Assembly: GCA_012295275.1 (NCBI GenBank)
Contig: CM022679.1
Span: 9,610,001-9,674,000 of the forward strand
Length of the DNA: 64,000 nucleotides
Source: Chrysomallon squamiferum
Lineage: Eukaryota; Animalia; Mollusca
Reading direction: 5' to 3'
Positions within the stretch are counted from its first letter, which is position 1. The number at the start of each line of letters is the position of its first letter. This document shows, piece after piece, positions 42,524 through 57,298 of this stretch. Under the pieces are notes generated by a model. That model saw nothing but the letters and a program-made list of their open reading frames with translations. It was not told the DNA's origin and did no database searches. Position numbers and translations under genes: made by a program.

Positions 42524-43971
42524 TTGTTGTTGTTCTTGTCATTATTCCCTTATCTACATTTTTTTCTTTTTTTCTTTTTTTAGAAAAATATTCTTTACAG
42601 CAATGCCGCTGAATATTTTTTTTTTTTTTTTTTTTTTTGAAACACGGGCTTAGAATGACAACGACAACTTCTAGTGACACTTATCCTGTCACGTGACACT
42701 AAATAAGTGACATGTGCAATCATTCACAAGAATGATAAAAAAAACAACACAAAACGTCTTTTATAAGATGTGAAATTTTATCTTTAAGAAAATCACGCAG
42801 AGGTATTCAAAGAGAAATATCTCCAGTTTAATATAAAAACAAACACAGACAGACACACACACAAATACACACCCAGAGAAATACAAAGAACACGTGATTG
42901 TACATACATATGTATATTAAAATACAAACCACAGTAAAACTCATTTAACCCCGTTTACGTCGTTTTAAACCACGATTGTTGAAAAAAAAGAAAACTTCTG
43001 CCGCATTTGGTCTTTAGTTGTTTTTGTTTTGTTTGTTTGTTATTTTGTTTTAAAAAAAAAAAAAAAAAACAGAAGTTTATGAAACAGATTATTCAGCTAA
43101 GACACACTTACACAAGCTGACTGGTACACTTGAAAGGATAAGAAATTTTTTTTTTTTTAAAAAGAAGAAAAGACAGATAGAAAACTATCATCTAACGAGA
43201 AACATAATCTGACGCAGAGTCAAACAACATTCTAAGCTGCGAAATGCTGAAGACGTCATGCTGGAGAGGAATTCGTCAGTAAATCACAGGAAATGTCTGC
43301 CAAATTAGTTAAAAGAGGATCTCTTGGAAAATCGAGAAAATGGTCGAAGTTCCTATTCTGAGCTGGTGAGGACAACTTGAATACAGAGAAACACATTTTA
43401 AGTAGTGTTTTGTTTTTGGGGTTGTTTTTTTTTTTTTTTTTTTTTTTTTTAGTCCTTTTTTCTTTAACTTTGGGAACAATTCTCGGCAACATTTTTGTAC
43501 TGTTTTGCAGAAACGTAAGTTTATTTTGATATTTAATACACACATACTTTTAAAAAACGCTATTCGTTTTCAAATGTTATTTACAAAGGAAATTTAAAAA
43601 AGTACGTGATATTTTAGTTACACACACAAAAAAACAACAACAAATTAGCCGAAATATTTTCCTGTTGTTAAAATCAGGTAAAAGTATTTCTTTCTTTCGT
43701 TCATGCATTCATTCTTTCTTGATCGTTTGTTTGTTGTTGGGTTTTTTTTGGGGGGGTTGTTTTGGCTTTTTAATATATGCAGCCATGAAACTGAACAATA
43801 TAATTTATTCCCTTTTGTTCCAAACATTATATTTTAATCGTTTTCATTTTTTTCATTTTTTTGTACTGAAATTTATTATAGTTTAAACACAGGATTTATC
43901 GTAGACAGCTATTGAATGCTAACATAATAACAGCATACTATTGTAGAAAAAAACAGTTTAACTCAAAATTA

Positions 43972-44035
<64 letters not shown>

Positions 44036-44200
44036 AAATTATAATATTTGTGTCAGACGCGACAAATATTGTGAACTGTATAAATCGTGCTCATTACATT
44101 ACAGTCTATTAGGAACATAGAATCTAAAGCACATAATAAACAAACAAAACAAACAAACAAACAAATAAATAAATAAATAAATATAACGTACCATCAGAGT

Positions 44201-44461
44201 GGGCGGTGCTCCAATACTGTTGAACATCTGGCATCAAAGACTTAATCCCTTCGGAGGCGTGGTTTCCGTTGCTAAGGTAACCGCCCATCAATGCATATCC
44301 CGCTGCTGTTAAAAAAAAAAAAAAAAAAAAAGTAAAAGAAAAGATGAAAAAAAAAAAAAAACGAAAAAAAATTAAACAAGTGACACGTGCAGTCGAGTGG
44401 ACACACTTCTCTGTTTACACTTAACATTTGTGTCGATATAACCTCTGACCTTGATCACGTG
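44201..44461. promoter_or_regulatory. Promoter/enhancer-like motif cluster with an RFX X-box
   Basis: GGGCGG 44201, CCAAT 44211, GGCGTGG 44256, GTTGCTAAGGTAAC 44268-44281, CCGCCC 44281, CACGTG 44384 and 44456, TGACCTTGA 44446. Confidence 0.45.
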
Positions 44462-44640
44462 CTTTCATATTCGTAACCTTAGCGGAAAGATTAACATATA
44501 CCAGCAGTTGCATATTTCTTGTGTAATACTAATAACTTAAGCAAACGTCACTATTTTATTTTTCTACTTCCTCCTCCTCTGTTACATCGGGATGTGCATA
44601 TGTGCGTGCTTTAACGTGTGTGTATTATATGTACTGTTCT

Positions 44641-44881
44641 GGGGGCGGATCCAGCTTGTTTCATTATATAAAAAGGCTGCTATTGAAAAATTGCACACGG
44701 TTCACATGGACCATAATGTAATAGTGCTGCGTACAACAGGGTCGCTGGTAGACGCATTCTGCAGTGTTCTATACATTGAAAGAAGTTTAAAAACACTAAA
44801 TACATTTAAAACCTTTAAAATCCTAAATTAAAGGGACACTTCTCAAATTTGATTTTGGACCCCACCTTCTAAATCCGCCCC
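44641..44881. mobile_element. Probable MITE (non-autonomous DNA transposon), about 240 bp
   Basis: Terminal inverted repeats GGGGCGGATCCAG ... CTAAATCCGCCCC (11/13 match), non-coding interior, no clear target-site duplication. Confidence 0.55.
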
Positions 44882-45501
44882 AATATTTATTTTATTATTA
44901 TTTATTTATTTATTTATTTATTTTTTTTATTATTATTATTATTTCCATAACTTTTTTTTTTTTTTTCTTTTCTTTTTTTTTTTTTTTTTTTTGTTTTGTT
45001 TGGTTGAGGGTTTTTAGCGTTTTTTTTTTTTTTTTTGTGGGTTTTTTTTTGTGTTTTTTCTTTTAAAAATATATTCCAACTTTAAAGTCTAACTAAATTA
45101 TACCAGTTTTAAACACGAGCCACAAACTCGGCGAGATAAAATCTGATCCGGCTTGCTCATGGAAATAACTGTTTTATTTCCTTTGCGCTTTCTGAACCTA
45201 AATTATACACTGTCAGACAAGACACATTTTACGAGCAAAAAAAACTTTCTGGGGGAAGATAATTTATTAAAGGGGACCCCATCCACAGGGTAGCACCAGA
45301 ATTCCTAGAACCGATGAAACATCTATATCGCGTGATAGCAGTGATAATTTGGAGAAATTAATTACCATTGTGTTCCATATTTACCTTCACATATATATAT
45401 ATTGTGTCAGTGTGTCTGTGTGTTAGGAGGTGTGTATGTTTTTAGTGGCAGAGTCAGTGTGTGTGTTTTTGTCTACTAGTGTGTTGGTGAGTGAATGTAT
45501 A

Positions 45502-45543
<42 letters not shown>

Positions 45544-45715
45544 TATCGTTATATAATAATGTAACATTCTGTGGTCTGTATTTAGTTAAAATCATTTCAT
45601 ATTATTTCTTCAGACTAACACAGACTAATATTTGTTATATTCAGCAGAAGATATTAAAATAATCGGATTGTGTTTTTCGAGCGTTAATTTGCAATGACGT
45701 ATTTTTAAAAGACCT

Positions 45716-45754
<39 letters not shown>

Positions 45755-47617
45755 AAATAAAAATAATAATAACAATAAAAAAAAAAATAAATAAAAAAAA
45801 AAAAAAAAAAAAAAATAAATAAATAAATAATAATAATAAATAAAATATATAAAAATAATTTTTTGAAATTTTTTTCCCATTGCCAATCATAATACGACAA
45901 TCGACAGTTTCCATTATAAAGAAATTTCATTCCATTTACACTAATTTTAACCACTGACTTACATCGATCTTTGTTTAAAAATTCGGACCATACGTAATTA
46001 TTCTGCTCAAACGGTGAAAGGGACTGAGTTATGGCGCAGTAATGTATTTTATTTTATTTTTACTTCACTGATTTGTGTGAAAAAAAGAAAATCGAAAAAA
46101 AAAAAAAAAAAGAAAGAAACCAGCTACTCTCGTTATTTGTCCCTATCTTTTAATGTAAACTCCCTTTCCATTATTATACATGTCACTGCAATCCTAAGAA
46201 AACGCCCTAACCATTTTAACAACGATTTTCATTAAAGCTTCATTCATTTTCTTTTTTAAGACCAGAATAAAACTATTTAAATTTATTGCCTCAAATTAAG
46301 TTTTTTTTTTTTTTTTTTTTTTATATATTTGCTCTTTGAATTAATTTTATTTTCATTATTTACGGAACAATATATGATCACGTGCACTTGCACTTGAAAT
46401 TATTAACTTCTTTATTCTTTGTGTGGCAGCATTAAAGACAGCGAAACAAAAAAGTAATGATAAATCCCCGCTAAGTGCAGAAAACGTTCAACAATCACTG
46501 CTTAGAGGAAAATTTTATCAATGCACATATTTTTCTTCACCAAGCCTTGATGTAAAGTTACGAAAATACCGCTATTGTTACAATGCAGCACTTTAGTTCA
46601 TAGAGAGAGCAGTACATTTTTAAAAAATATAAAATATAAGTAGCTGTTGAAAAAAAAAAAAAAAAAAAAAAAAAAAATGAAAAAAAAAAGAATGATGAGT
46701 ATATATATTGTTATATGATTGTTGTCACTGTTTTTTTAAATATAAAATATAACAAACAGTAGAAGAAAAAAAAAGATAAAATAAAAGACTGTAGTTATTG
46801 TTATATATTTTGTGGTTTCTACTTGGTTGTGTTTGTATATTGTGTGCACATTTTTTATTTAACCTCGCGCAGTTTAATAAACTTGTGCTTAGTGTATTAT
46901 TACCTATATAAGGTAGACAATAACATGTTACTACTACTAATACACCGAGCATTCGTTCCGATCACGGGAAAGTAAATTAGATAAATATTCAGTGACTGGC
47001 GGTTTTCACTGAGAACCATAACAGCAACACGTGACAGGGCAACAGATGGCTGCAGGGCGCTCGGTCTGGTCTGGTCTGCCTGCCTGGCGGCAAAACCACG
47101 CATATAAAAGAAACGCACAAGAAGAAGCAGCAGCGATTCCAATACATTTAAGTGTCAACGCTACCCGATGACAAAAAAGACACATTATGTGTGGGTGGAA
47201 AAAACCAGCCTACAATGCTTTCTTTTATCTCGGGAAAAAAAAAAAAAAAAAAAAAAAATGTATGACAGGACGTGACGTATAAATCAGAAGCGAAACCATA
47301 CCTATGTGACAGAAAACCGTTAATGTATGGGCACGAGATAAGAGAAGCTTTCAGTGTCAGTACAATGCGGCCCGCTGGACTTCGGGGCCATCTTAGAACG
47401 AGCGATTAGGACCGGCGGAACAAAAGTGGCGGAGGAAAGTTTCCCCATAAACACACTCAGTGTCATATTTAATAAGACATTAATCTCGTGCTTTTCCACC
47501 CAGATTGACATACATTTACCAATTTGTTTATCATTATTTAATCGTTTGTTTCCCTCGCAGGTGGTCGCTGATATAAAGTCAAAAATATATAAGGTGCGGG
47601 CGACGTGTTAATAGTCA

Positions 47618-47656
<39 letters not shown>

Positions 47657-48761
47657 CTTCTTCCTGGTTTATAAATTTAACTGAAGTCACCGCAAAACAA
47701 AACAAACGCGTTGACACACACACACACAGACAGACATACAGACGACAGACAAAACGAACGCAGGCGACAGGGACAGACAGGCAGACGGACTGACGGATGG
47801 GTGGAAATATAAATCGATAGATAAAACAATTTATTTCAATTTCTATATGTAGCTGTTTTTAATATTTAATTTGCCATAAATGACAGTAAATGCAAATTGC
47901 ACAATAGCTAAAAACAAGTTATCTGTTAAATTATTCCTGGGAGAGAAAGAGCTCGCACAATGGTGGCAGAAAATAATGTCACCGTACAAATTTACCGACG
48001 GACATAATGACAATGTGAGTGAAGGCTTTGCCATTAGTTTGTCATTAGCGAATATTTGATTGACACAAGACACGCCCTGAAACATGTGGCTGGAAAAATT
48101 TCATTACGGGAATGAATACATTTCACGACGACAATCGATTTTCATTTGCTGCTTCATTCATTTTCCACGTGAGAGGTGTGGCTAACCGCTGGAACTTGGA
48201 ACGTCGAGCGAAAGGTTCCAGGATCGATTCGGCTAGATGATCAAACAGAACTATTTTAACTTATCTTTGGGTATAGTAAAATATTATAGTTACTCCCAAT
48301 ACTCAGTACTGGTAACACATACAGAGAGACAGTCAGACACACACACACAAACATACATAAATACATACATTACTAAGAACGGCAGAGTCTTTCATTTGGA
48401 TTTTTGTAACAGCAGTAACCCAGTGAAATGACATTTCAGTCGTATAACATTTCTTTGTTTGAATCGCACTGATAAATATATGCTGTTTTAAGTGAGTCTT
48501 CACAATCTGACAATTAATTATGGGTGAAATGGTAAACGCCAGTGAAAAACGTGATGTGATGCTAGGCTTCATCTAATGCATGCATTGCATAGGCTTTATA
48601 ATTATCATGCCGAATATGATGGTATATTAACAAATAAATAAACAAATCTGTTTGAAAATGCTTTCTTTTTCTCCGTTTTTAAACATTAATTTAATTTTTT
48701 GTCCATATTAATATTATAATTAGAATTGTTTTCTAATTTTTAAATTAAATAGAATTTATTT

Positions 48762-48806
<45 letters not shown>

Positions 48807-50878
48807 TATCTATGTTTTTGTTTTGTTTTTGTTTGTTTGTTTTTTGTTGTTGTTTCTTTTGTTTCTTTTTTTTTGTGTGAGAAATGTTCAATATTAAAAA
48901 CTTTATATAATTATTATATTTTTACAGAACTTTCTGTCTGTGGCGACACAAAAAAAAAAAAAATAAAAAAAAAAAAATTATAAACAATAAAAAAAAATAG
49001 TAGTAGCAGTAGTAGTAGTAGTAAATAATAATAATAAAAAGTAAAACCCCCACATATAATAAAAGAAATAAATAATAATGATTTCTATATGTAAAGATAG
49101 ACGCTATAATATTCAGCTGATCACATGAATACATACATAATAACGAAATGGAAATATAAACTATATTTTTAAATTTAATTGTGCGAATTGTGTGAATTGT
49201 GTGAATGTGTGTATATATATATATATAATGTAGATATATTTTTCTCCGTTAAATTATCTTTGTATTCTTTTTTCCTTTTTATTTATTTACTAACTGTTTT
49301 AATTATCTCGAGTTTATTATTTTTTTGGGTGAACTAAAATGACGCAGACTTCAGTGTGTTAGCTGTGTGTGAACCAGTGTGTGAACCAGTGTGAAACAGA
49401 ACATTACCAACGACATCTACCACCATGTCGTCTTCGCTGGTAATCTACCATGACCGATTAAAAACAAACACTGGAGCACACCATCTGTACAGATAATCTT
49501 TTGTGTGCCAAACTGTCTTTGTAATTATCTCACACAGTTTCTGTTCACCTTTAAGACACAAAAGAATTCCCGAAACGCGAGTGAGATTAACAGTTCGATT
49601 AGAAGAAACCAGATCAGGGTTGTTGCCGCCCCCCCCAACACCACCGTGGAGGACGAATTCAAGCAGCCTCGAGGTCAAGAAGGTCCGTTTAATGACGTAA
49701 TACACATAATAACAAAAGTCCGCGCATTTACGTAATACTTCGGGATCGTCATTCGTCTTTTATTCGGGCGCACCGGTTTTTGCTTTCGGGTGGTGCGAAA
49801 ATATTCCAATTAAAAGAAATACAATATCTTTTACTGGCTTCGGGGCTGATGATACTGTGAGTTACCCGGGGAAGGGCAGAAACAGAGGATTCGTGTGTTC
49901 TCATGATGTAATCGAGTTTAACCGCGCAGCGTTCATTTGCTGCGCTAAATGAGATGGTGCATGGCGAATTACAACCTGTGACTGGTGGACTGACTTTTAA
50001 CAGCAGGCGGTCCGGAAAGAAGACTGCGCGCGGACAGATCTAATACAGCGTTCTCCTAAATTACGTAATCTTTTCTACTTATCTGCCGTCTTTAAAATCA
50101 AAAATAAACATCTCCGTAACGAATGTTAACGATTATTAATGAAGAAATGAAAAATGCACTTTGCTCTGCGTTGGGTATCTTTGTGTGCCTGTAATGTGTC
50201 TGTGTGTGTGTGTAAGTACATTCGTGTGTGTGTGCGCGTACATGTAGCTGTACATGTAATATCACTGAAAGTTAGAAAACTATTTTTATAAGCCTTTTTT
50301 ATTTATTTATTTTTTATTTTAAAGTAGAAAAACGCGAACACACACACACATAGGCAAAGAGAGTTTTACTTGGGCAATATATCGTCAAATATTTCGCAGA
50401 AAAACAAAATGAAACGAAATAAAATAAACAAATAAATAGTTAAATAAATAGAAGCCATTTAATAAGGTGGTTTTGGCCATCTTCTAAACTGTTATGATTC
50501 CGCTGAAAAACAACGATTTTACCATTTCTGTACTGATTACAGGTTTGCCATGAGCTACAACTTACAAATTGCTAAAACAAGTGTATAAACAAGAAAAAAA
50601 AACGACAATGACTTATTGTTTCAGTTCTGGGAATGACCTGCAAAGATACAGTATAGCTTGAAGAGGGAACATGTGTTATGCTGGGACAGAAACAGAGAAT
50701 GACCGACATTCGTGTGGATTCTGGAAAGAAGATTGAAACTGCTATTTATTGGAGTTAACGACTTTTTGGGGTTTGGTGGTAAATAATATTAAATTTATCA
50801 TCGCTTCAGCGAAAATGTTTTGTAGTGTTAATTTTAAAAAGTCTGAAACTCTTTGAAATTTTTATTGATTGTATTGTT

Positions 50879-50910
<32 letters not shown>

Positions 50911-51905
50911 TTAATAAATAACGAACGGTCTAAAATTCATTCTTTTCTTATGACTTAATTCTGGTGCAAAATAAAATTATTCAGTTATTTTCATATTTAT
51001 TTACGCCGCTTTTGTTCAGTAATAATAATAACAATAATAATAACAATAATAATAATATTATTATTATTATACCAATAGCAATAACAAACAACAACAACAA
51101 CAACAACAACAACAATAATGATGATGATAATAATAACAAATGGAAAAATATATAGCCAACATCTACAAACAAAATTACCGGTTTTATCACATCTACATCA
51201 AAGCGAATATACCTCATCTTTATCTTGTTTTCTTTTTGTAGATTAATTAAAATCAATCAGTGGTCAGTCCAGAAAAATATATTTACACGAGATGAATACA
51301 AAAGCAGAAGATTAATTTTTTTTTTTTTTTTTTTGAAACGCTTTTTGTTCTAACAATGCTCCGCTGAACCTTCAGTCGTTGGCTATTTTTGTCTCACAGA
51401 GCTGTCGTCTGCTAAATTAAGAACGAAGACAGATTCGCGCCGATCGATAATGACACAAGAGTGACCCATTTGACTGCTTCAAGGTTATTTGCCATCAACG
51501 CTGATTAACAGCAGTTATTTGATTTCACCTCCGAAACAGTCGCGCTCACCGAAACCAGCTGATTCGAAAATAAGTGTGTGTAGTTTGTGTGAATTTGTGC
51601 TTGTGTGTGTGTATGTTTGTGTATGTAAGCGACTAGTAAGTAGGCCTAATAATTATAAGAATTATGGAAGGAAAAAGGAGAAAAAGAATATTATTGTGAA
51701 AAGGAAGGAAATATTATTGTAATAAATAAATAAATAAATAAATAAATAAATAGATAGAAAGAAAATATGAATTAATGTTTTTCCTTTTAATTTTTCTTTA
51801 GATTTTAATTTAAAAAAAAAAACAAAAAATATTTTAATTCTTTTATTCTTTTTCTTTATTTTATTTATGTATTTATTTCTATGCTTTTATTTATTTATTT
51901 ATTTA

Positions 51906-51961
<56 letters not shown>

Positions 51962-54900
51962 TTATTTGTACGAGCTAACATTTGTGATTGAATTTATTGT
52001 CTCAGATTTCGAAAATGTATTTATAATAACTGCAACAAGGAATAATAACTTCAGCTATAAACGTAACAAATATATATTTTAAATAAAGCAGATATCAAGA
52101 ATCCAAAAACTAAGAAACTAAACAACAAATATAAAGGTGTAAATAATAATAATAAGAAGAAGAAGAAGAAGAAGAAGAATGATGATGATAAGGGCAATAA
52201 TTACAGTAACAGCAGCAACAACAACAAAATTAAATAATAACAACAGAAAAAGAGCTAGCTACAAGACATTTCAAACAATTTCAACACAAAACGCCATGCG
52301 TCGGAAAAACACGAACACAAACACGAAGAGAGACGAAGACGCGCAACTTGGGTTTCTTGACTCGGATCAAACACGACGATGTTTGGCGATCGTGTCCTGG
52401 ACCGTCTTCATCACTGGACGATGTTCATTATTTCCAATCTCTCTAAGAGGCAAAACATCATCGGCGAACCTTCGGACTGGATCCTTACCGCCAGGAACAA
52501 ACGTCGCTTGTGGTGAAAGACGGGACTACGCATGATTCACAGTTGCTTGCCAAATAATCCCCCGAAGAAACGGCAATAACGAAGGTTTTAGCATTCACGA
52601 GGGCTGGGTACGTGGGTGACACGTTTTGTGCAGTTAGCAAACGTTCTACAGCCAGAAACAAACACCGATGCGAACAGATATCTTCTATTTTCACTTTATT
52701 AATTTGCTTCTCCTCGCCCGATCAATAAAAACGTCAGCGCGGTCGGTCGGTCGGCCCGAACAACTTGAAGTGGCATTAAGAAGCTGTGTCAATGGTTTTT
52801 TGAAATAATTATTCCATTGTTTTATTTCGTACGGCCGCTAAGGTAATTAGCTGTAGTATACGTTGTGCGGTTCCAGTTTATTTACCTTGAATAAGTGCTG
52901 CTTGTTTCGTTAAGAACAATTTTAAAAATGAATAATAATGGCGTATAATAAATAAAATAAAATAAAATAAAATAACATAAATAAATAAATAAATAAGTAA
53001 ATAAAAATGTAAATATCTGTTATCGACCCACTGATTAATAATGTACCCTTATATAATATTGCAAAAATGTAACACGCACATAAACATGAACATACGTACA
53101 GGGAATCATTAATTAGAAAAAAGTAGGAAAAACAAATAAATAATTCAATACGGGGATCAAAAAAAAAAAAAAAAAAAAAAAAAATAACAACCCGAGGCTG
53201 GTTTTGGATATATTACAATTACTACATTTTTTTTTTAATTCCCGCCCCCTGAAACTTAAACCTCTATGTCATCTACATCCATTTGAAAAAATTATAATTG
53301 TCAAATAAAAGTTAAATGTGAAATTAAAATCTTGTTCCACTTCATTTGTTCACCTACTGTCATCATAATACTTTTTTTTCAAGACGATTAATATTCACTT
53401 ATCTTTTTATTTTCTATTTTTTTTATATATATTAAAATTTATTTATTTGCATTATTTATTTATCTAGTTACATTTAAATATATATATATATATATTTATA
53501 TTCTTACTATATATTCATTTACATCGTTTATTTATTTATCTATCTTTGTATTTATTTATTTATTTATTTATTTTCCATATTCTAAAATCATTTATCCCTA
53601 AAGACCATCTACCTTTTTTTAAATACTAATAGAACATTTAATTTTAATGGAAAAAAACAACAAAATAAAATTTAAAAGAACAACAAGAAGAAAATTAATG
53701 TATGAAAAGAAACAGAAGAAAAATCATTGATTTACTGTCACAGTTCTGTACCCTTCCAGTCACAGATAACAAAAATATTATTGTATACGTACTTAAAACA
53801 AGAACGTCTGTTATGGAAAACTCCCAGATATACAACAAGCCAGGCAGTGTGGAAAACATAATTATCTACAGAACAGAATACTTAAACATTTTTTTTAACT
53901 GGTTATTTATTTTTGTTCTACACCGGTGTGTGTGTGTGTGTGTATACTGGACATTCTATGTGTTTACCGGACATTATTATTATATATTGTCGCCCACTTT
54001 CTCTGCCGATAACTCACTTTACTGTTCAGCTATTTAGTTTTGTGATCGCTTATTTGATAAATCCCTTTTATTTTTTCATTTTTTTTTCTTTCCTGGTCGT
54101 TATCGTGGTCCAGTATCGCTCATGACACGTTCAGTTTTGGCATTGACAGAGAACTAATCGACTTAAAGACTGCGCTTTGTTTACAGAACAAGAAAGGAAC
54201 TCCAGAAGAAAATTAGTGCGTTTGAAAGAATCAGATTGCTGTAATACATACGATAAGCAGGTAAAAAAAAAAAAAAAAAAATTCTGTTTTTGTCATTTTA
54301 GTCATTAAAAAAAAAAAAAAAAAAAAAATGAAAAGAAGCCCAACACACTAAACAAAAACACTAGTTTCTACGTTTTGCTAAAAATGGTCTCTCTGTTTTG
54401 TTTCGTTCCGTCATGCCAAACCCGACCCTATCACAAAGATTTATTTCTACAAAAAAAAAAGCTGAAGTGAGAAGAATGAATCAGATGTTTGAACTCCGGT
54501 TTTTGTGAGAGAAATCAGATGTGTGAATAGTGAATGCTTTGTTCAATCGAAATTTCCTTAAAAGTTTTGGACGACAAAGTTGTCGTATAACAAAATGTTT
54601 TCTAAAGAAAAAAAAAAAAAAAAAAAAGGGGAAAGTATTTTTATTTATTTACCATACTTCGGATTTTTTGAAAATCCTGAATAATTTGAATGCCTTGTCC
54701 GGATCTGTTTAATTCTATTTTTTTATTATTATTATTATTCTTTGTATTATTATTATTATTAGTGTTGTTGTTGTTGTTGCTGTTGCTGTTGTTGTTGTTG
54801 TTTTTGTTAATGTTGCTGTTATTTTTTATTTCATTTTAATTTAATTTAATTTTATTCTAATTTTTATTTTTGTAAACAAAATTACCTTAACTATATTATA

Positions 54901-55018
54901 TTTATTCCTATTTTCGGGATTAAAATCACAAAAGAACAGAATAATACTAAAAATAATAATAATAATAATAATTAACTTAGTTTATTCTTCAGAGCCATTT
55001 TTAAACAACAACACCAAC

Positions 55019-55049
<31 letters not shown>

Positions 55050-56385
55050 TTGGTAATTTACAAACGATTAGGAGCTTAACTTCATATAAAACAGTGTCGC
55101 CTCCTTGAATGTTTAATAAACAAATAGTAACTGAGTGAATTACTCAGTGTTTTTACAGCTACATTAATTGTCAAGTCTGTGTTTAATGCGGTAACTTGTT
55201 CATTGGGTCGGATTTCAGCTTGCTTTTTTTTCTTTTCTTTTTTCTTTTTTTATCTTTAAAAAAAAAATAAAAAGTATCACCTGAATGAAATTTAATACTT
55301 AAACCACTTTTATATTTTTTTTTTTTACCAGGTTCGATAAAACGAGGCGCAGACTGTCTGTACATCATCTGTACTTATATGATTGAAACAAACAAACAAA
55401 ACGAATTTTTAATATATATATTTTATCGTGCCCCGTTTTTAACCCTAGCGTGTGTGTGCGTGCGTGCGTGCGTGTATATATGTGTGTATTTAATTAAGAA
55501 AAGTATCTACCTTTGTATTTTCTCTTACTCTACTCAGACTTCAAGAACAGTAACTACACGTAGAATTGTCCTGGCACATTCCGGCAATAAATAAGCTCTG
55601 CTAATAATATTAAAACGCATCAAGGCATATCGGTGCCTTTAAAAATAATCTAACAAAGCGGAAAAGGATTTCGGAGATCAATAGATTGGAGACACCAGTT
55701 GAAACCGCAAACGAATGAAGGAAAAAAAAATTCCAACAGAGAGACATACGTTATTAAAAGAACACTACAAACATTACTGAAACCCCCCTCCAAAAAAACA
55801 AAACAAAAAAAACCCAACAACTTCAACCACTACTTAAACAAAACTTCAAACAGTACTGAAACACCAATGAAACATTATCAAAGAGACAGTACTGAAACAC
55901 AACTGAAACAAAACTACAGATATAACGCTCATGAAACAAAACAACAAACACTATGAAACGATACTACAAACATTACTGATAAAAAAAAAACAATAAAAAA
56001 ATAACACGTATAGACAAACACGACTGAAACACAAATATAAAGACAACCCTAATGAAGCAACACTTCTGAATCAAAAATTACAAACTGTAATGAAATAAAA
56101 ACTACAGAGACAAACACAGGCATCATCCTACAGTTTCTGTTTGAAATTCTTCGTGTTATTCCCACGAGTTTTAGGTTTGTCAACAATAAACACATGTTGT
56201 TAATTATTCTAATTATCAATTGGCCACAGGATTTGAAATACATTAAGGGGAAATGTTCTTGTAAAGAGAGAAGGTACCATAGTGTGAGATTTACTTTACT
56301 TCAAAGGATGAAGAAAACAAGACTAGTTAAATCATCGAATTTTTTTTGGTTTTCTTTATTACTGTAAAAAAAGCTTTTTAAAACA

Positions 56386-56387
<2 letters not shown>

Positions 56388-56482
<95 letters not shown>

Positions 56483-56510
56483 ATCTCTCTCTATCATCTC
56501 TATCTCTCTC

Positions 56511-56589
<79 letters not shown>

Positions 56590-56650
56590 CCCCTCCCTCC
56601 TCTCTCTCCCTCCCTCCCTCTCTCTCTCCCTCGCACTCTCTTTCACTCTC
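56388..56650. repeat. (CT)n polypyrimidine tract, about 260 bp
   Basis: Direct reading; similar GA/CT tracts at 7311, 23993, 31290, 38463, 40234, 43974, 59896 and 60099. Confidence 0.95.
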
Positions 56651-57255
56651 TGCGTACGTGAGTGTACGTGCGTGATAGAACCTCGCGTATAAAAACGTAT
56701 CCGTCGTTGTTATAATAAATAAAAAATTCATATCAGATTCGGCGATTCATTGATTGCAAATGTTTCTCATCCCGACGACGTAGCAGCTGTCGTGATTGTG
56801 CATTCGTCAGACGTCGACACTTGTATTATGAATGTAAACAAAACTGTTGCAGGTTCCGGGTTTGGCCATTATTTCCCGCGCTTGCCATAGTCTTACAAAT
56901 ATGTCATCTGATACCGTCATAATTAATATTCAATATCAAAGTAATGAAGTATGTAGGGGTGTGTTTGATAAGCGAAGACCAGGAACGCGGTAACCGGTGT
57001 CCGTAATGTACAATGAAAAAAGAATTATTATTATTATTATTATTTATATATGAACGTGTGTGTCTGTCTGAATCAAGCTGTATGTGTATTGTTAACAGTT
57101 ATTGCAAAACTAAATAAAAATAAAAAAAAAAAATAAATAAAAAAAAAAAATAAAATAAAATGAATAAAATAAAATAAATAAATAAAATAAAATAAATAAA
57201 ATAAATAAATAAATAAAATAAAATAAATAATAAATAAATAAAATAAAAAAAATAA

Positions 57256-57298
<43 letters not shown>

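Noticed and set aside
48170-48236. tRNA or SINE-head-like segment with a B-box-like GGATCGATTC
   Set aside because: No cloverleaf or convincing A box can be built.
55830-56120. Loose ACTGAAACA recurrences
   Set aside because: No stable period; treated as degenerate low-complexity sequence.
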